Program-made: the position numbers and the translations under genes
In this document: piece by piece, positions 1 to 9,662 of the stretch
Layout: every line of letters begins with the position of its first letter
Position numbering within the stretch: position 1 is the stretch's first letter
The notes under the pieces: generated by a model
Seen by the model: only the letters and a program-made list of their open reading frames with translations
What the model was told of the DNA's origin: nothing
Databases searched by the model: none
Assembly: GCA_963692865.2 (NCBI GenBank)
Contig: CAXXHI010000002.1
Coordinates: 1-32,124, forward strand
Length of the DNA: 32,124 nucleotides
From: a bacterium
GTDB lineage: Bacteria > UBA8248
Reading direction: 5' to 3'

Positions 1-1
1 G

Positions 2-974
2 GAACACGGCGGTCTCGAATGGACGACCGACCTGGATGCAGCACTTTCGAATTCGGAATATCCCGTCTTCTTCGATGCGGCGGCCACGCATCTAAGGGTG
101 GACGTGCTACAGCGCGCCATCGCCGCGGGAAAGCACATCTATACCGAAAAGCCCGTCGCGCCCAGCGTTCAGGAAGGGATGAGCCTCCTGCACGCGGCGC
201 AGGCCAAAGGCCTCAAGCACGGCGCGGTGGAGGACAAGCTCTTCCTGCCGGGGTTTCTGAAACTCAGGCGAGTCGTTGAGAGTGGTTTTCTGGGCCGGAT
301 CATCGGTTTTCAGATCAACTTCGGCTGGTGGGTGTTCGACGGGGTCGAGGCGGAATGCCAGCGTCCGAGCTGGAACTACCGGAAAGCGGGCGGCGGCGGC
401 CTTATATCGGACATGCACCCCCACTGGCGCTACGTCGTCGAGGGAACCTTGGGACCGATTGCGCGCGTGGCCGCGCTCTCATGGACGGGCCAGACCGAGC
501 GCGCCGACGAGGCGGGCGAGCGCTTCCGCGTCGACGTAGAGGACAACGCACACACGCTTTTGGAACTCGAAAGCGGGGCGCGCGGGGCGATTCTGAGTTC
601 CTGGTCCACCCGTGTGAGGCGCGAGGACTCTGGTGACCTTCCAGGTGGATGGAACCGATGGCTCAGCAGTTGCGGGTTTGAGACGCTGCTGGAAGCAGGC
701 GGCTGTCGATACGCCTTTGGTGCGCGGCTTTCTGATGGGGCGCGACGCGGACACAATGGACGTTTCGGTGGATTACCAAGAGAACTGGGAAGAATACCCC
801 GATTCTGAGCCTTACAAGAATCCCTATCGCTATGGCTGGGAGCGCTTCATCCGCCACGTGGCGGGCGATGAGCCCTTCTACGCCGATCTCTCCGCAGGCA
901 TCCGCGACGTAAGGCTCGCCGAAGCATGTCTCCAAAGCGCGCAGGAGGGCGGTTGGGTGGATATGACGCGATGA
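2..974 (+). CDS. Gfo/Idh/MocA family oxidoreductase (5'-truncated by window; +1 frameshift at ~629)
   Basis: Frame open from base 2 (EHGGLEWTTDLDAAL...). Contains the GKHIYTEKP motif and GGGGLISDMHPH. ORFs 98..808 and 633..974 join as RRED-LVTFQVDG if the extra T at 629 is removed. Confidence 0.85.
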
Positions 975-993
975 CGGGTGGCTGTTTTAAGTC

Positions 994-1485
994 TCAGCCG
1001 ATAGGGTCCCGCCCTCCGCCGTGGTTCGTCACTTCCGCGTCATTCAGTTGCACGTAGGCCTGCGCGAGGACGACCGCGGCGGTGTTGGCGAGGTTGTAGG
1101 AGCGGATCGGCCCCGGCATGGGCACGTAAATCCGCCGCTCGGGCCAGCGCGCGTGCCACGCATCGGGCAGCCCGGTGTTTTCGTTCCCGAGGAGCAGTAC
1201 GTCTTCGTCTTTATATGAAACTTTATCGAAGCGCGATGCGCCGAACTTCGTGATGAGCCAGGGCGTTCTCCCGCCCAGCCATTCGAGGAAGAGCGCTTCG
1301 TTCTCGTGGACCGTGAGCTTCACGGCGGGCCAGTAATCGAGCCCTGCTCTTTTGAGAGAACTGTCCGAAAAATCGAATTTCGCAGGCTCGATGATGTGCA
1401 GATGCGCATCCATCCCCACGCACAGGCGGCCGATGTTCCCGGTGTTCTGCGGAATCGCGGGATGATAGAGAGCGACGTGGAGCAT
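994..1485 (-). CDS. trmL: tRNA (cytidine(34)-2'-O)-methyltransferase, SPOUT family
   Basis: PAIPQNTGNIGRLC, LKRAGLDYW, LLGNENTGLP and IRSYNLAN motifs; 163 aa. Confidence 0.9.
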   Translation of the reverse strand: MLHVALYHPAIPQNTGNIGRLCVGMDAHLHIIEPAKFDFSDSSLKRAGLDYWPAVKLTVHENEALFLEWLGGRTPWLITKFGASRFDKVSYKDEDVLLLGNENTGLPDAWHARWPERRIYVPMPGPIRSYNLANTAAVVLAQAYVQLNDAEVTNHGGGRDPIG

Positions 1486-1526
1486 TTGATACTATTCGTA
1501 AGCCCAGGAGCCTAAACCGATCATGC

Positions 1527-2840
1527 TCACGAAACGGCGCCGCGAACGCTCGCCTTGTCTACCGCGTCGGTGAGGATGTCCATCGCCTGATCCATCTGGC
1601 CTTCCGTCGTCGTGGCCGGCGGCACGAAGCGAAGGACGCTCCCCCCGCGCCGCTGGCTGAAGATGAGTCCGTTCTCCAGGCACCTGCGGTTGATCTCGCT
1701 ACCCTGTCTGGTGGCGGGCGTTTTCGTGCGCCTGTCCTCCACCAGTTCGATCCCCTGCAGAAGGCCCCGGCCCCTGATGTCGCCCACCATTTCATACTGT
1801 TCGCCCAGCCAGGTGAGGCGCTCTCTCAGGTGAGCGCCGATTCTTCTCGCCTTGGCGGGCACGTCTTCCTGTTCGATGACGTCGAGGCTAGCCACGCCTG
1901 CGGCGCAGGCGAGCGGGTCGTTGGTGTGGGAGTGGGTGACGACGAACTCGGTGGACGCTATCTTCTCCTCCACCTCGGCGCTCGTCGAGACCGAAGAGAT
2001 GCTCACGCCTCCGCCGAAGTGTTTCGCCAGCGTCACGACGTCGGGCACCACCTCGTCCTTCTCGAAGCCGAACATCGCGCCCAGCTTGCCGAGCCCCGTC
2101 TGTTCGTCGTCCACGATGAGGAGCATGTCGCGCTCCTCGCAGTTTTGTTTCAGCTTCTTGAGCCATCCGGGCGGCGGCTCCACCACCCCGCCCGCGCTGA
2201 ACAGGGGTTCGGTGATGACGGCGGCGGGCTTGCTCGTCGTTTGCGCGTCGATGAGCTCGAAGCTCGTGTCGAGACAGGCGATCTCGCAATCCGGGAATTT
2301 CTGGGCGAGCGGGCAGCGGTAGCAGTAGGGCGCGACCATGGCCATGCTGCCGGGCGAGAGCGGCCCGTGTCCGCTGTGCCAGCCCGCGAAGGTGAGCGAG
2401 CGCGCCGTGTCGGAGAGTCCGTGGAAGCTGATGTGGGGGCTCGCCACCTCGAAGCCGTCGGTGAATTTGCGGGCGATCGTCACCGCCGCCTCGTTGGCGT
2501 CTGCGCCCGAACCCAGAAACAGGCTCTTCTCGAGTGGGGGCGGAAGCAGCGCGCCCAGGCGCTCGGCGAGTATGATTTCCTGATCGTTGAAGAAACTGCT
2601 GTGCGCGTGGATCAGCTCATCGCAGCTTTTCTTGATGGCGTCCGTGACGGTGGGGTGGTTGTGCCCGAGGGCGGAGCACATCTGGCCCGAGTTGAAATCG
2701 AGGTATTGCTTGCCGTTCACGTCCTCGACGGTGGAACCCTCGCCGCGCACGAAGACGGGGCCCGAGAAAACCGACTTGTCCACCCGCCCGCGAAAGCTGT
2801 ATTTCTTGGCCGAATCGAGCAGGTCTTTTTCGCTTCGCAT
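1527..2840 (-). CDS. Class III PLP aminotransferase, 2,2-dialkylglycine decarboxylase-like
   Basis: YLDFNSGQMCSALGHNHP, SFHG, LIVDDEQTGLG and TLAKHFGGG (PLP lysine); GGAGG RBS upstream. Confidence 0.85.
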   Translation of the reverse strand: MRSEKDLLDSAKKYSFRGRVDKSVFSGPVFVRGEGSTVEDVNGKQYLDFNSGQMCSALGHNHPTVTDAIKKSCDELIHAHSSFFNDQEIILAERLGALLPPPLEKSLFLGSGADANEAAVTIARKFTDGFEVASPHISFHGLSDTARSLTFAGWHSGHGPLSPGSMAMVAPYCYRCPLAQKFPDCEIACLDTSFELIDAQTTSKPAAVITEPLFSAGGVVEPPPGWLKKLKQNCEERDMLLIVDDEQTGLGKLGAMFGFEKDEVVPDVVTLAKHFGGGVSISSVSTSAEVEEKIASTEFVVTHSHTNDPLACAAGVASLDVIEQEDVPAKARRIGAHLRERLTWLGEQYEMVGDIRGRGLLQGIELVEDRRTKTPATRQGSEINRRCLENGLIFSQRRGGSVLRFVPPATTTEGQMDQAMDILTDAVDKASVRGAVS

Positions 2841-3083
2841 GGGAATGCCTCCATGGATCGGCTCAGGAGCCGCTCGTTGCGCTCCGCCCGCCGATGCGGT
2901 TTTCCCGGCCGGAGCCGCGCTCCATGAAACGATGAGATATGCTTTAATACTAGCGCATATTCATGGATTCGGATATGGCTTATCATCAAGCCATGAGGCG
3001 AAAAGTCTTCCACCGATGCTTCGCCCGTGAACGCACGTGATTGCGCGAGTCATGGGGCGTGACTTCCGGGAGGGTGGTTTCGA

Positions 3084-4632
3084 ATGAACATGGCGGAGTT
3101 TTTGGCCCGGGCGGCCAGTGCTTGTGGAGAGCGTCCAGCCATATCTTTGGGCGAGGCGGTTTATTGCACGTATGAGACGCTCGCCTGCAGGGCGGCCTCC
3201 ATGGCGGGTTATCTAAGGAACGAACTTGGAATGAAGCCCGGGGACCGAGCCGCCATCACCATGAAGAACTGCCCGGCGTTTCTGGAGGTCCTCTACGCCA
3301 TCTGGCATGCGGGCTGCTGCGCATTGCCCATCAACGCCAAACTTCACCCCAAGGAGATGGCCTTCATCCTCGAAAATGCGGGCGCGCGCTGCTGTTTCGC
3401 CACCTCCGATCTCTTGGAAACGGTCGCGCCGCTCGTCGCTGAAATCGAGATGCTCGAAAGCGTGATGGAGGTCGATACCCCCGAATACCGGGCGATTCAG
3501 TCCCGAGAAGCCGTTCCCATCGAACCTCAAGCGCCGGATGATTTGGCCTGGCTCTTCTATACGAGCGGCACGACGGGCAGGCCGAAGGGCGCCATGCTCA
3601 CGCACCGGAACCTCCACAACATGTCCCTGAGCTATTTCGCCGACGTCGATCCGGTTTCAGAGAACGATTGCATCCTGCACGCCGCGCCCTTGTCTCACGG
3701 CTCGGGCCTGTACGCGATACCACACGTCTACAAGGGCGCGAACAACGTCGTTCCCGAGAGCGGGGGGTTCGAGCCCCCGGAGATTTTTCGGCTCATCGAG
3801 GCCTACCCGGGCCTCGCCATGTTCGCCGCGCCCACGATGGTGACGCGCTCTGGTTCAGAGCGAGGCGATCAAGAACGCGGATACGCGGAACCTCAAGACC
3901 ATCGCCTATGGCGGCGGGCCGATGTACCTGGAAGACCTTAAAATGGCGATGGAGGCGCTGGGGAACAAGCTCGTTCAGGTATACGGGCAGGGGGAAAGCC
4001 CGATGACCATCACGGTCGTCTCCAGAGAGCGGCACGTCGATACGCAGCACCCCCGCTTCGAGGAGCGGCTCGCCTCCGTCGGAGTGCCGCATACCGTGGT
4101 CGAGGTGCGCGTTGTGGATGCCGAGGACAACACACTGCCGCCGGGAGAGACCGGCGAGGTGCTCGTGCGCGGCGACGTCGTCATGAAGGGTTACTGGAAC
4201 AACCCCGAGGCCACGGCGAGTGCGCTCAAGGGCGGGTGGCTTCACACGGGCGACGTGGGCGTAATGGACGAGGACGGATTCCTCACCCTCAAGGATCGCT
4301 CCAAGGACCTCATCATCAGCGGCGGCAGCAACATCTATCCCCGCGAGGTGGAGGAAGTGTTGCTCCGCCACGAGGGCGTTCTGGAGGTTTCCGTCATCGG
4401 GCGTCCCCACCCTGACTGGGGAGAGGAGGTCATGGCGTTCGTGGTGCGCAAGGATGGGCCAGAGGTGAGCGAGGAAGAGCTCGACGGCTTGTGTCTCGAA
4501 CACATTGCGCGCTTCAAGCGTCCCCGGGCGTATCGTTTCATTGAGGCCTTGCCCAAGAACAACTACGGGAAAGTTCTCAAGACGGCGCTTCGGGAGATGG
4601 TGGAAGGCGATTCCCGCGAGAGCGATGAATGA
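3084..4632 (+). CDS. AMP-binding acyl-CoA synthetase (+1 frameshift at ~3849)
   Basis: YTSGTTGRPKG, YGQGE, WLHTGD, DRSKDLIISGGSNIYPREVE and PKNNYGK motifs. The halves join as VTR-LVQSEAIK if the extra T at 3849 is removed. Confidence 0.9.
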
Positions 4633-6008
4633 TGAAGCCGGGCGCAGGGCCGGGCGTGGATGAGATGAGATTTTCATGCCTCCGCCGAGCATATACATCG
4701 GGCGAGCAGGCGCCTGTGGGCTTGGTTCGTAAGGTTTGTGCTCGAATCGCCACGCGCGGCGAGGACGGCGTATGGATTCACTTGGAGCCCGAAGATCAAT
4801 TACTCGCGCGCGCGCAAGAGCTGGAGGCCCGCAGTGCGGATAAGGATGAACTTCCGCTATTCGGCGTTCCCTTTGCGGTGAAGGACAACATCGACGTCGC
4901 GGGCGTTCCGACGACGGCGGCGTGCCCCGAATACGCCTATACGCCGGATGAGAGCGCTCCCTGCGTGGCGCTTCTGATCGACGCAGGGGCGATTTTCATC
5001 GGAAAGACGAACCTGGATCAGTTCGCGCTGGGTCTCGTCGGCGTACGCACGCCCTATGGCGTGGCCCGGAATCCGTTTCACGCGGACTACGTTCCGGGTG
5101 GTTCGAGTTCGGGCTCGGCCGTGGCCGTCGCGGCGGGCCTGGTGAGTTTCGCCCTCGGCACGGATACGGCCGGCTCGGGCCGGGTGCCCGCGGGGTTCAA
5201 CAACATCGTGGGTCTCAAGCCCTCCCGGGGACTGGTGAGCGCGCGGGGCGTGGTTCCCGCCTGCCGCACGCTCGATTGCGTATCGGTCTTCGCTCTCGAG
5301 GCTGCGGACGCGCTCTGCGCGCTCGATGCGATGGCCGCGCCCGATGAGGACCCGTACAGCCGCGCGCTTCCGGCGGGAGCTTCCCTGGCGATGACCGACT
5401 TGCCGAGGGGACTTCAGGCCGGGGTTCCTCTCCCCGGACAAAGGGATTTCCTGAAAGACGTTGAGGCGCAAATCGCCTATGAGAAAGGGATCGAGCGGGT
5501 CGCACAGATGGGCGCTGTTGTACGGGAGGTCGATTTTTCGCCTTTTTTTGAGGCGGCGAAACTCCTCTACGGCGGCCCCTGGATGGCGGAGCGGCTGGCG
5601 GCGATTGAGGAATTTATCGGGGCGAAGCCCGAAGCCCTCCATCCCGTAACGAGGGAGTTGATCGCGGGCGCCGCCCGCTACTCGGCGGTCGATGCCTTCC
5701 GGGCCTTCTATCGACTGGAGGAATTAAAGCGCGATGTCAGGCAAGCCTGGGAAGGCATTGATTTTATGTTCGTTCCAACGACGCCCACGTCCTACAAGAT
5801 TGAGGAGGTGAATGCCGACCCTGTGGCTTTGAACGCGAACCTGGGGATGTATACGAATTTTGTGAATTTGCTGGATTTATGCGCCATCGCCGTCCCGAAC
5901 GGTTTTTATGCGAACGGGCTGCCCATCGGGATGACCCTGCTTGCGCCCGCTTTCAGGGAGGGATTCCTCTGCGCGGTGGCGGAGGAATTTTTATCGGGGG
6001 AAGGTTAA
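4629..6008 (+). CDS. atzF: Allophanate hydrolase-like amidase (amidase domain only)
   Basis: FAVKDNIDVAG, GKTNLDQFALGLVGVRTPYG, PGGSSSGSAVAV, GTDTAGSGRVPAGFNNIVGLKP, LLYGGPW and LGMYTNFVNLLD are typical of AtzF. Exact start is uncertain. Confidence 0.8.
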   Translation: MMKPGAGPGVDEMRFSCLRRAYTSGEQAPVGLVRKVCARIATRGEDGVWIHLEPEDQLLARAQELEARSADKDELPLFGVPFAVKDNIDVAGVPTTAACPEYAYTPDESAPCVALLIDAGAIFIGKTNLDQFALGLVGVRTPYGVARNPFHADYVPGGSSSGSAVAVAAGLVSFALGTDTAGSGRVPAGFNNIVGLKPSRGLVSARGVVPACRTLDCVSVFALEAADALCALDAMAAPDEDPYSRALPAGASLAMTDLPRGLQAGVPLPGQRDFLKDVEAQIAYEKGIERVAQMGAVVREVDFSPFFEAAKLLYGGPWMAERLAAIEEFIGAKPEALHPVTRELIAGAARYSAVDAFRAFYRLEELKRDVRQAWEGIDFMFVPTTPTSYKIEEVNADPVALNANLGMYTNFVNLLDLCAIAVPNGFYANGLPIGMTLLAPAFREGFLCAVAEEFLSGEG

Positions 6009-6054
6009 GATCGATGAGAATGAAAATGAGAAAATTTTTCGTGGAGGATATCCG

Positions 6055-6954
6055 ATGAAGCGACTGGGTTTTGTAGGCGTGGGAGCGATGGGCGGCCGCA
6101 TGGTGCCGCATCTCATCAAGGCGGGCCATGAAGTGGGCGTGGTGGACGTCGTCCCGGAATCTGTGGAGCGCGCCGTTTCGCATGGCGCCTTCGAGGCATC
6201 CGGCCCTGCGGAACTCGCCTCTACGTGCGAAATCGTACTCACCTCCCTTCCTACGGGAGCCGAGGTGGAAGAGGTATTCATGGGCGAGGGCGGCCTCATG
6301 GAAGCAGTCGGTGAGGGCGGCTTGCTGGTCGACCTCTCCACCATCGAGCCCGATCAGAGCCGCAAACTCGCCGCCGAAGCGGAAGAACGCGGCGCCGTGG
6401 CGCTCGATGCGCCCGTCTCGGGCGGGGTGATGGGTGCTGAGGCGGCGAGCCTCACCATCATGGTAGGCGGCCCGAAAGAGGCGTTCCAGACGGCGCGGCC
6501 CGTTCTGGCGCTGCTGGGGCAAAACATCATCCACGTCGGGGGATACGGCGCGGGGCAGGTAGCGAAACTCTGCAACAACCTCATCGCGGGCGTCACCATG
6601 GTGGCGGCGGCGGAGGCGTTCGCCATGGGCAAGGCGTCGGGCGTGGACACCAAGATTCTCCACGAGGTGATCCGCACGAGCAGCGGGGGAAGCTGGGTGA
6701 TGGAGAAAGACCCGCCGTGCGCCGGCCTCATTGAGGGCGCGCCTTCGAGCAAGGATTTCGAAGCGGGCTTCACGGTGGATTTGATGCTCAAGGATATGTC
6801 CCTGGCCGTTTCCGCCCTGATGTCCCTGGGAATTCCGTGCCCTGCCGGCGCGGCGGCGAACCAGGTCTACCGCATGGCTTCGCGCGATGGCCTGGGGGAT
6901 CTGGATTTCGCCGCTGTGGCGATGCTGACGGGAGCGGCGGAGCGTCCCCGATGA
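6055..6954 (+). CDS. NAD(P)-dependent beta-hydroxyacid dehydrogenase (3-hydroxyisobutyrate dehydrogenase-like)
   Basis: GFVGVGAMGG, DAPVSGG, AKLCNN and GFTVDLMLKD motifs; GGAGG RBS before ATG 6055. Confidence 0.85.
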   Translation: MKRLGFVGVGAMGGRMVPHLIKAGHEVGVVDVVPESVERAVSHGAFEASGPAELASTCEIVLTSLPTGAEVEEVFMGEGGLMEAVGEGGLLVDLSTIEPDQSRKLAAEAEERGAVALDAPVSGGVMGAEAASLTIMVGGPKEAFQTARPVLALLGQNIIHVGGYGAGQVAKLCNNLIAGVTMVAAAEAFAMGKASGVDTKILHEVIRTSSGGSWVMEKDPPCAGLIEGAPSSKDFEAGFTVDLMLKDMSLAVSALMSLGIPCPAGAAANQVYRMASRDGLGDLDFAAVAMLTGAAERPR

Positions 6955-7022
6955 GCGGCGTATTGCAGGAATATGCCTGACGGCGCGAAGCGCGCTGATT
7001 GGCTGATCGAAGGAGTAATCTG

Positions 7023-8360
7023 ATGGAAGAGAGCAATCCAGCCCAACTGAGCGCCTTTCGCGCGGCGCAGGCGATACGCGAAGGCGAATTGACATCGGAG
7101 GAACTCGTAGGGGCTTGCTTGGCCCGCATTGCGGAATGCGAGGAGCAAATCGGCGCCTGGGAGCACCTGGATGAGGAATTCGCCCTGAGGCAAGCCAGAG
7201 AGGCCGACCAAGCCAGAGGGAAAGGGGAGACCCTCGGTCCTCTGCACGGGGTTCCCGTCGGGATCAAGGACATCATCGACACCGCCGATCTTCCGACCGA
7301 GAACGGTTCCATACTTCACGCGGGCCGCCGGCCCACCGAGGACGCCGCCGTCGTATCCCTGCTGAAAAGCGCGGGCGCCGTCATCATGGGCAAGACGGTA
7401 ACGACGGAGTTCGCCGTCTATCACCCCGGCAAAACGAAGAACCCCCACGATCCGAACCGCACGCCCGGCGGTTCGTCGAGCGGTTCCGCCGCCGCCGTCG
7501 CCTCCCACATGGTTCCCGTGGCGGTGGGGAGCCAGACGAACGGGTCGACCATCAGGCCCGCCTCGTTCTGCGGGATATGCGGGTTCAAGCCCACGCACGG
7601 CTCGATTTCGCGCTACGGCATGCTGCCGCAGTCGAGGCCGATAGACCACGTGGGCCTTTTTGCGCGCACGGTCGAGGATCTCGCCTTCCTGGGGGATCAG
7701 GTGATGGTATTCGATGCGCACGACCCCGATATGCGGCCGCACGCGGCTCCGAGACTGCTGGAAGTCGCCGCCTCCGAGCCTCCGGTCGCACCGCGTTTCG
7801 CGTTCGTGAAAACGCCCGTCTGGGATCAGGCCGAAGAGGACGCGCATGCGGCCTTCGAAGGATTGGCCGAGCGGCTGGGCGAAGAGGTCGTGGAGGAGGT
7901 TGAACTCCCCGACCCCTTTAACAGCGCGATCGAGTGGCACCAGGTCATCCTGGAATCGAACCTCGCGCGGAACTTCGAGACGGAATACGAGCGCGGAAAA
8001 GACCAGTTGAGCGACCTTTTGCGCCTGATGATGGAGCGCGGCAAGAAGTTTCTCGCGGTAGACTACACCCGGGCGGTGGAGAAGGTGCCCGTACTGAACG
8101 GTTTGCTGGGAGAGATGTTCGCACGCTACGACGCCCTGCTCACACCACCTGCGCCGGGCCAGGCGCCGCTCGGGCTGGGCGCGACGGGCAATCCCGTTTT
8201 CTGCACCATCTGGACCTTGTGCGGAACGCCGGCCGTCACGCTTCCCCTGCTGGAGGGCGCGGACGGGATGCCGCTCGGCGTGCAACTCGTAGGCTCCAAG
8301 GGAGACGACGCCAGGCTGCTCCGGACGGCGAGGTGGCTCGAATCCCGTCTCGGCGGGTAA
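7023..8360 (+). CDS. Amidase signature family protein
   Basis: GVPVGIKD, GKTVTTEFA, PGGSSSGSAAAV and GSQTNGSTIRPASFCG; AGGAG RBS before ATG 7023. Confidence 0.9.
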   Translation: MEESNPAQLSAFRAAQAIREGELTSEELVGACLARIAECEEQIGAWEHLDEEFALRQAREADQARGKGETLGPLHGVPVGIKDIIDTADLPTENGSILHAGRRPTEDAAVVSLLKSAGAVIMGKTVTTEFAVYHPGKTKNPHDPNRTPGGSSSGSAAAVASHMVPVAVGSQTNGSTIRPASFCGICGFKPTHGSISRYGMLPQSRPIDHVGLFARTVEDLAFLGDQVMVFDAHDPDMRPHAAPRLLEVAASEPPVAPRFAFVKTPVWDQAEEDAHAAFEGLAERLGEEVVEEVELPDPFNSAIEWHQVILESNLARNFETEYERGKDQLSDLLRLMMERGKKFLAVDYTRAVEKVPVLNGLLGEMFARYDALLTPPAPGQAPLGLGATGNPVFCTIWTLCGTPAVTLPLLEGADGMPLGVQLVGSKGDDARLLRTARWLESRLGG

Positions 8361-8474
8361 TCTGCGAGGATGCAAACAGCATCAGGAGTCCATGCAGGCT
8401 TTCGCGATTGCGCCGGAGACTCCGGCCCGCGTCTTGTTTCGTATCCATCAATTACCAATAGGGAGGCTTAGACG

Positions 8475-9374
8475 ATGAGCCGATCCGTCGCCTTTATCGG
8501 AACCGGCATCATGGGCAAGCCCATGGTGTTGAACTTGCTGAAAGCAGGGCATTCGGTGGCCGTCCACAACCGCAGCAGGCCACCTCTGGAAGAATTGGGA
8601 GAGGCGGGCGCCGTCGTTTGCGGGTCCGCATCGGAAACGGCTTCCAGGGCCGAAGTCATCATCACCTGCCTCCCCGATTCCCCCGACGTCGAGCTTGTCG
8701 CCCTGGGCGAGGGAGGCGTCATCGAAGGAGCCAGTGAAGGCTCTCTCTACATCGACATGAGCACCATCGCTCCGGGCGTCTCCAAGAAGGTGGCGGGGGT
8801 TTTGGGGGATAAGGGCGTGCGCATGCTCGACGCTCCCGTGAGCGGGGGCGACGTGGGCGCCAGGGAGGGCACGCTCTCCATCATGGTGGGCGGTGCTGCG
8901 GCGGATTTCGAGGATGCGCTCCCCGTCTTCGAAGCGATGGGGAAGACCATCGTCCACGTGGGCGAGAACGTGGGCGACGGCGGGTACGTGAAGATCGCGA
9001 ATCAGATCATGGTGGGTCTGCACATCGCCGCGATGAGCGAGGCCCTGGTGCTGGGCTCGAAAGCGGGAGTGAATCCCGAAAAAATGATTGCAGCCCTATC
9101 AGGCGGCCTTGCGCAATCCCGTGTGCTGGAGTTGCGCGGGCCGAACCTGGTGAAGGGCGAATACCCGCCGGGCTTCCGGATTCGCCTGCACCGGAAAGAC
9201 TTGCGACTCGCGATGGAGGCGGGAGCGGAACTGGGCGTGGCGATACCAGCGGCCGGGCAGCTCTATCAGATGTTCACGGCGCTTCTGGCGGCGGACCGCG
9301 GGGAGTTGGACCACAGCGGCTTCGCCACCCTCATCGAGGACCTCGCCGGACATAGGGTCTGCGATACGGACTAG
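8475..9374 (+). CDS. 2-hydroxy-3-oxopropionate (tartronate semialdehyde) reductase-like dehydrogenase
   Basis: FIGTGIMGKPM, LPDSPDV, DAPVSGG, KIANQ and PGFRIRLHRKDL (GarR/GlxR-like); GGAGG RBS. Confidence 0.8.
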   Translation: MSRSVAFIGTGIMGKPMVLNLLKAGHSVAVHNRSRPPLEELGEAGAVVCGSASETASRAEVIITCLPDSPDVELVALGEGGVIEGASEGSLYIDMSTIAPGVSKKVAGVLGDKGVRMLDAPVSGGDVGAREGTLSIMVGGAAADFEDALPVFEAMGKTIVHVGENVGDGGYVKIANQIMVGLHIAAMSEALVLGSKAGVNPEKMIAALSGGLAQSRVLELRGPNLVKGEYPPGFRIRLHRKDLRLAMEAGAELGVAIPAAGQLYQMFTALLAADRGELDHSGFATLIEDLAGHRVCDTD

Positions 9375-9380
9375 CTTTAC

Positions 9381-9661
9381 GGGACTGTTGGAAAAGCTCT
9401 TGTGGATAGGTCGGGATTCTATCGTAGGGGCGGCCCCCCGTGGCCGCCCGATTTCACGGAGGCCTCCTCCACGTGGGAGAATACGCAGGTTCTACCCTGC
9501 ACCATGAATAGTGACCGTAGGAGTTGTTCGAGAACGGCCCCTACAAGATTGGCAGACCGGCGCGGGTGTCGGACAGGCACGGGGGCCTGTCCCTACGGAC
9601 CTCCCACCCCTGTTGGTTCCATTCGCAAAATCTCGAAATCAGGGCCTTTTCCAACAATCCC
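9381..9661. mobile_element. Putative MITE-like element containing GTAG-type REP hairpins (copy 1)
   Basis: 16-bp terminal inverted repeats matching 15/16 (gggactgttggaaaag at 9381; cttttccaacaatccc at 9646-9661). Internal gtaggggcggccccccgtggccgccc and ggacaggcacgggggcctgtccctac hairpins. Confidence 0.65.
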
Positions 9662-9662
9662 T

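Noticed and set aside
620-3860. Programmed ribosomal frameshifting at the split genes
   Set aside because: No slippery heptamer or homopolymer at the sites; the shared CCTGG context points to sequencing error
6867-8375. 502-aa minus-strand ORF (likewise 16146..17756)
   Set aside because: Antisense shadows of amidases
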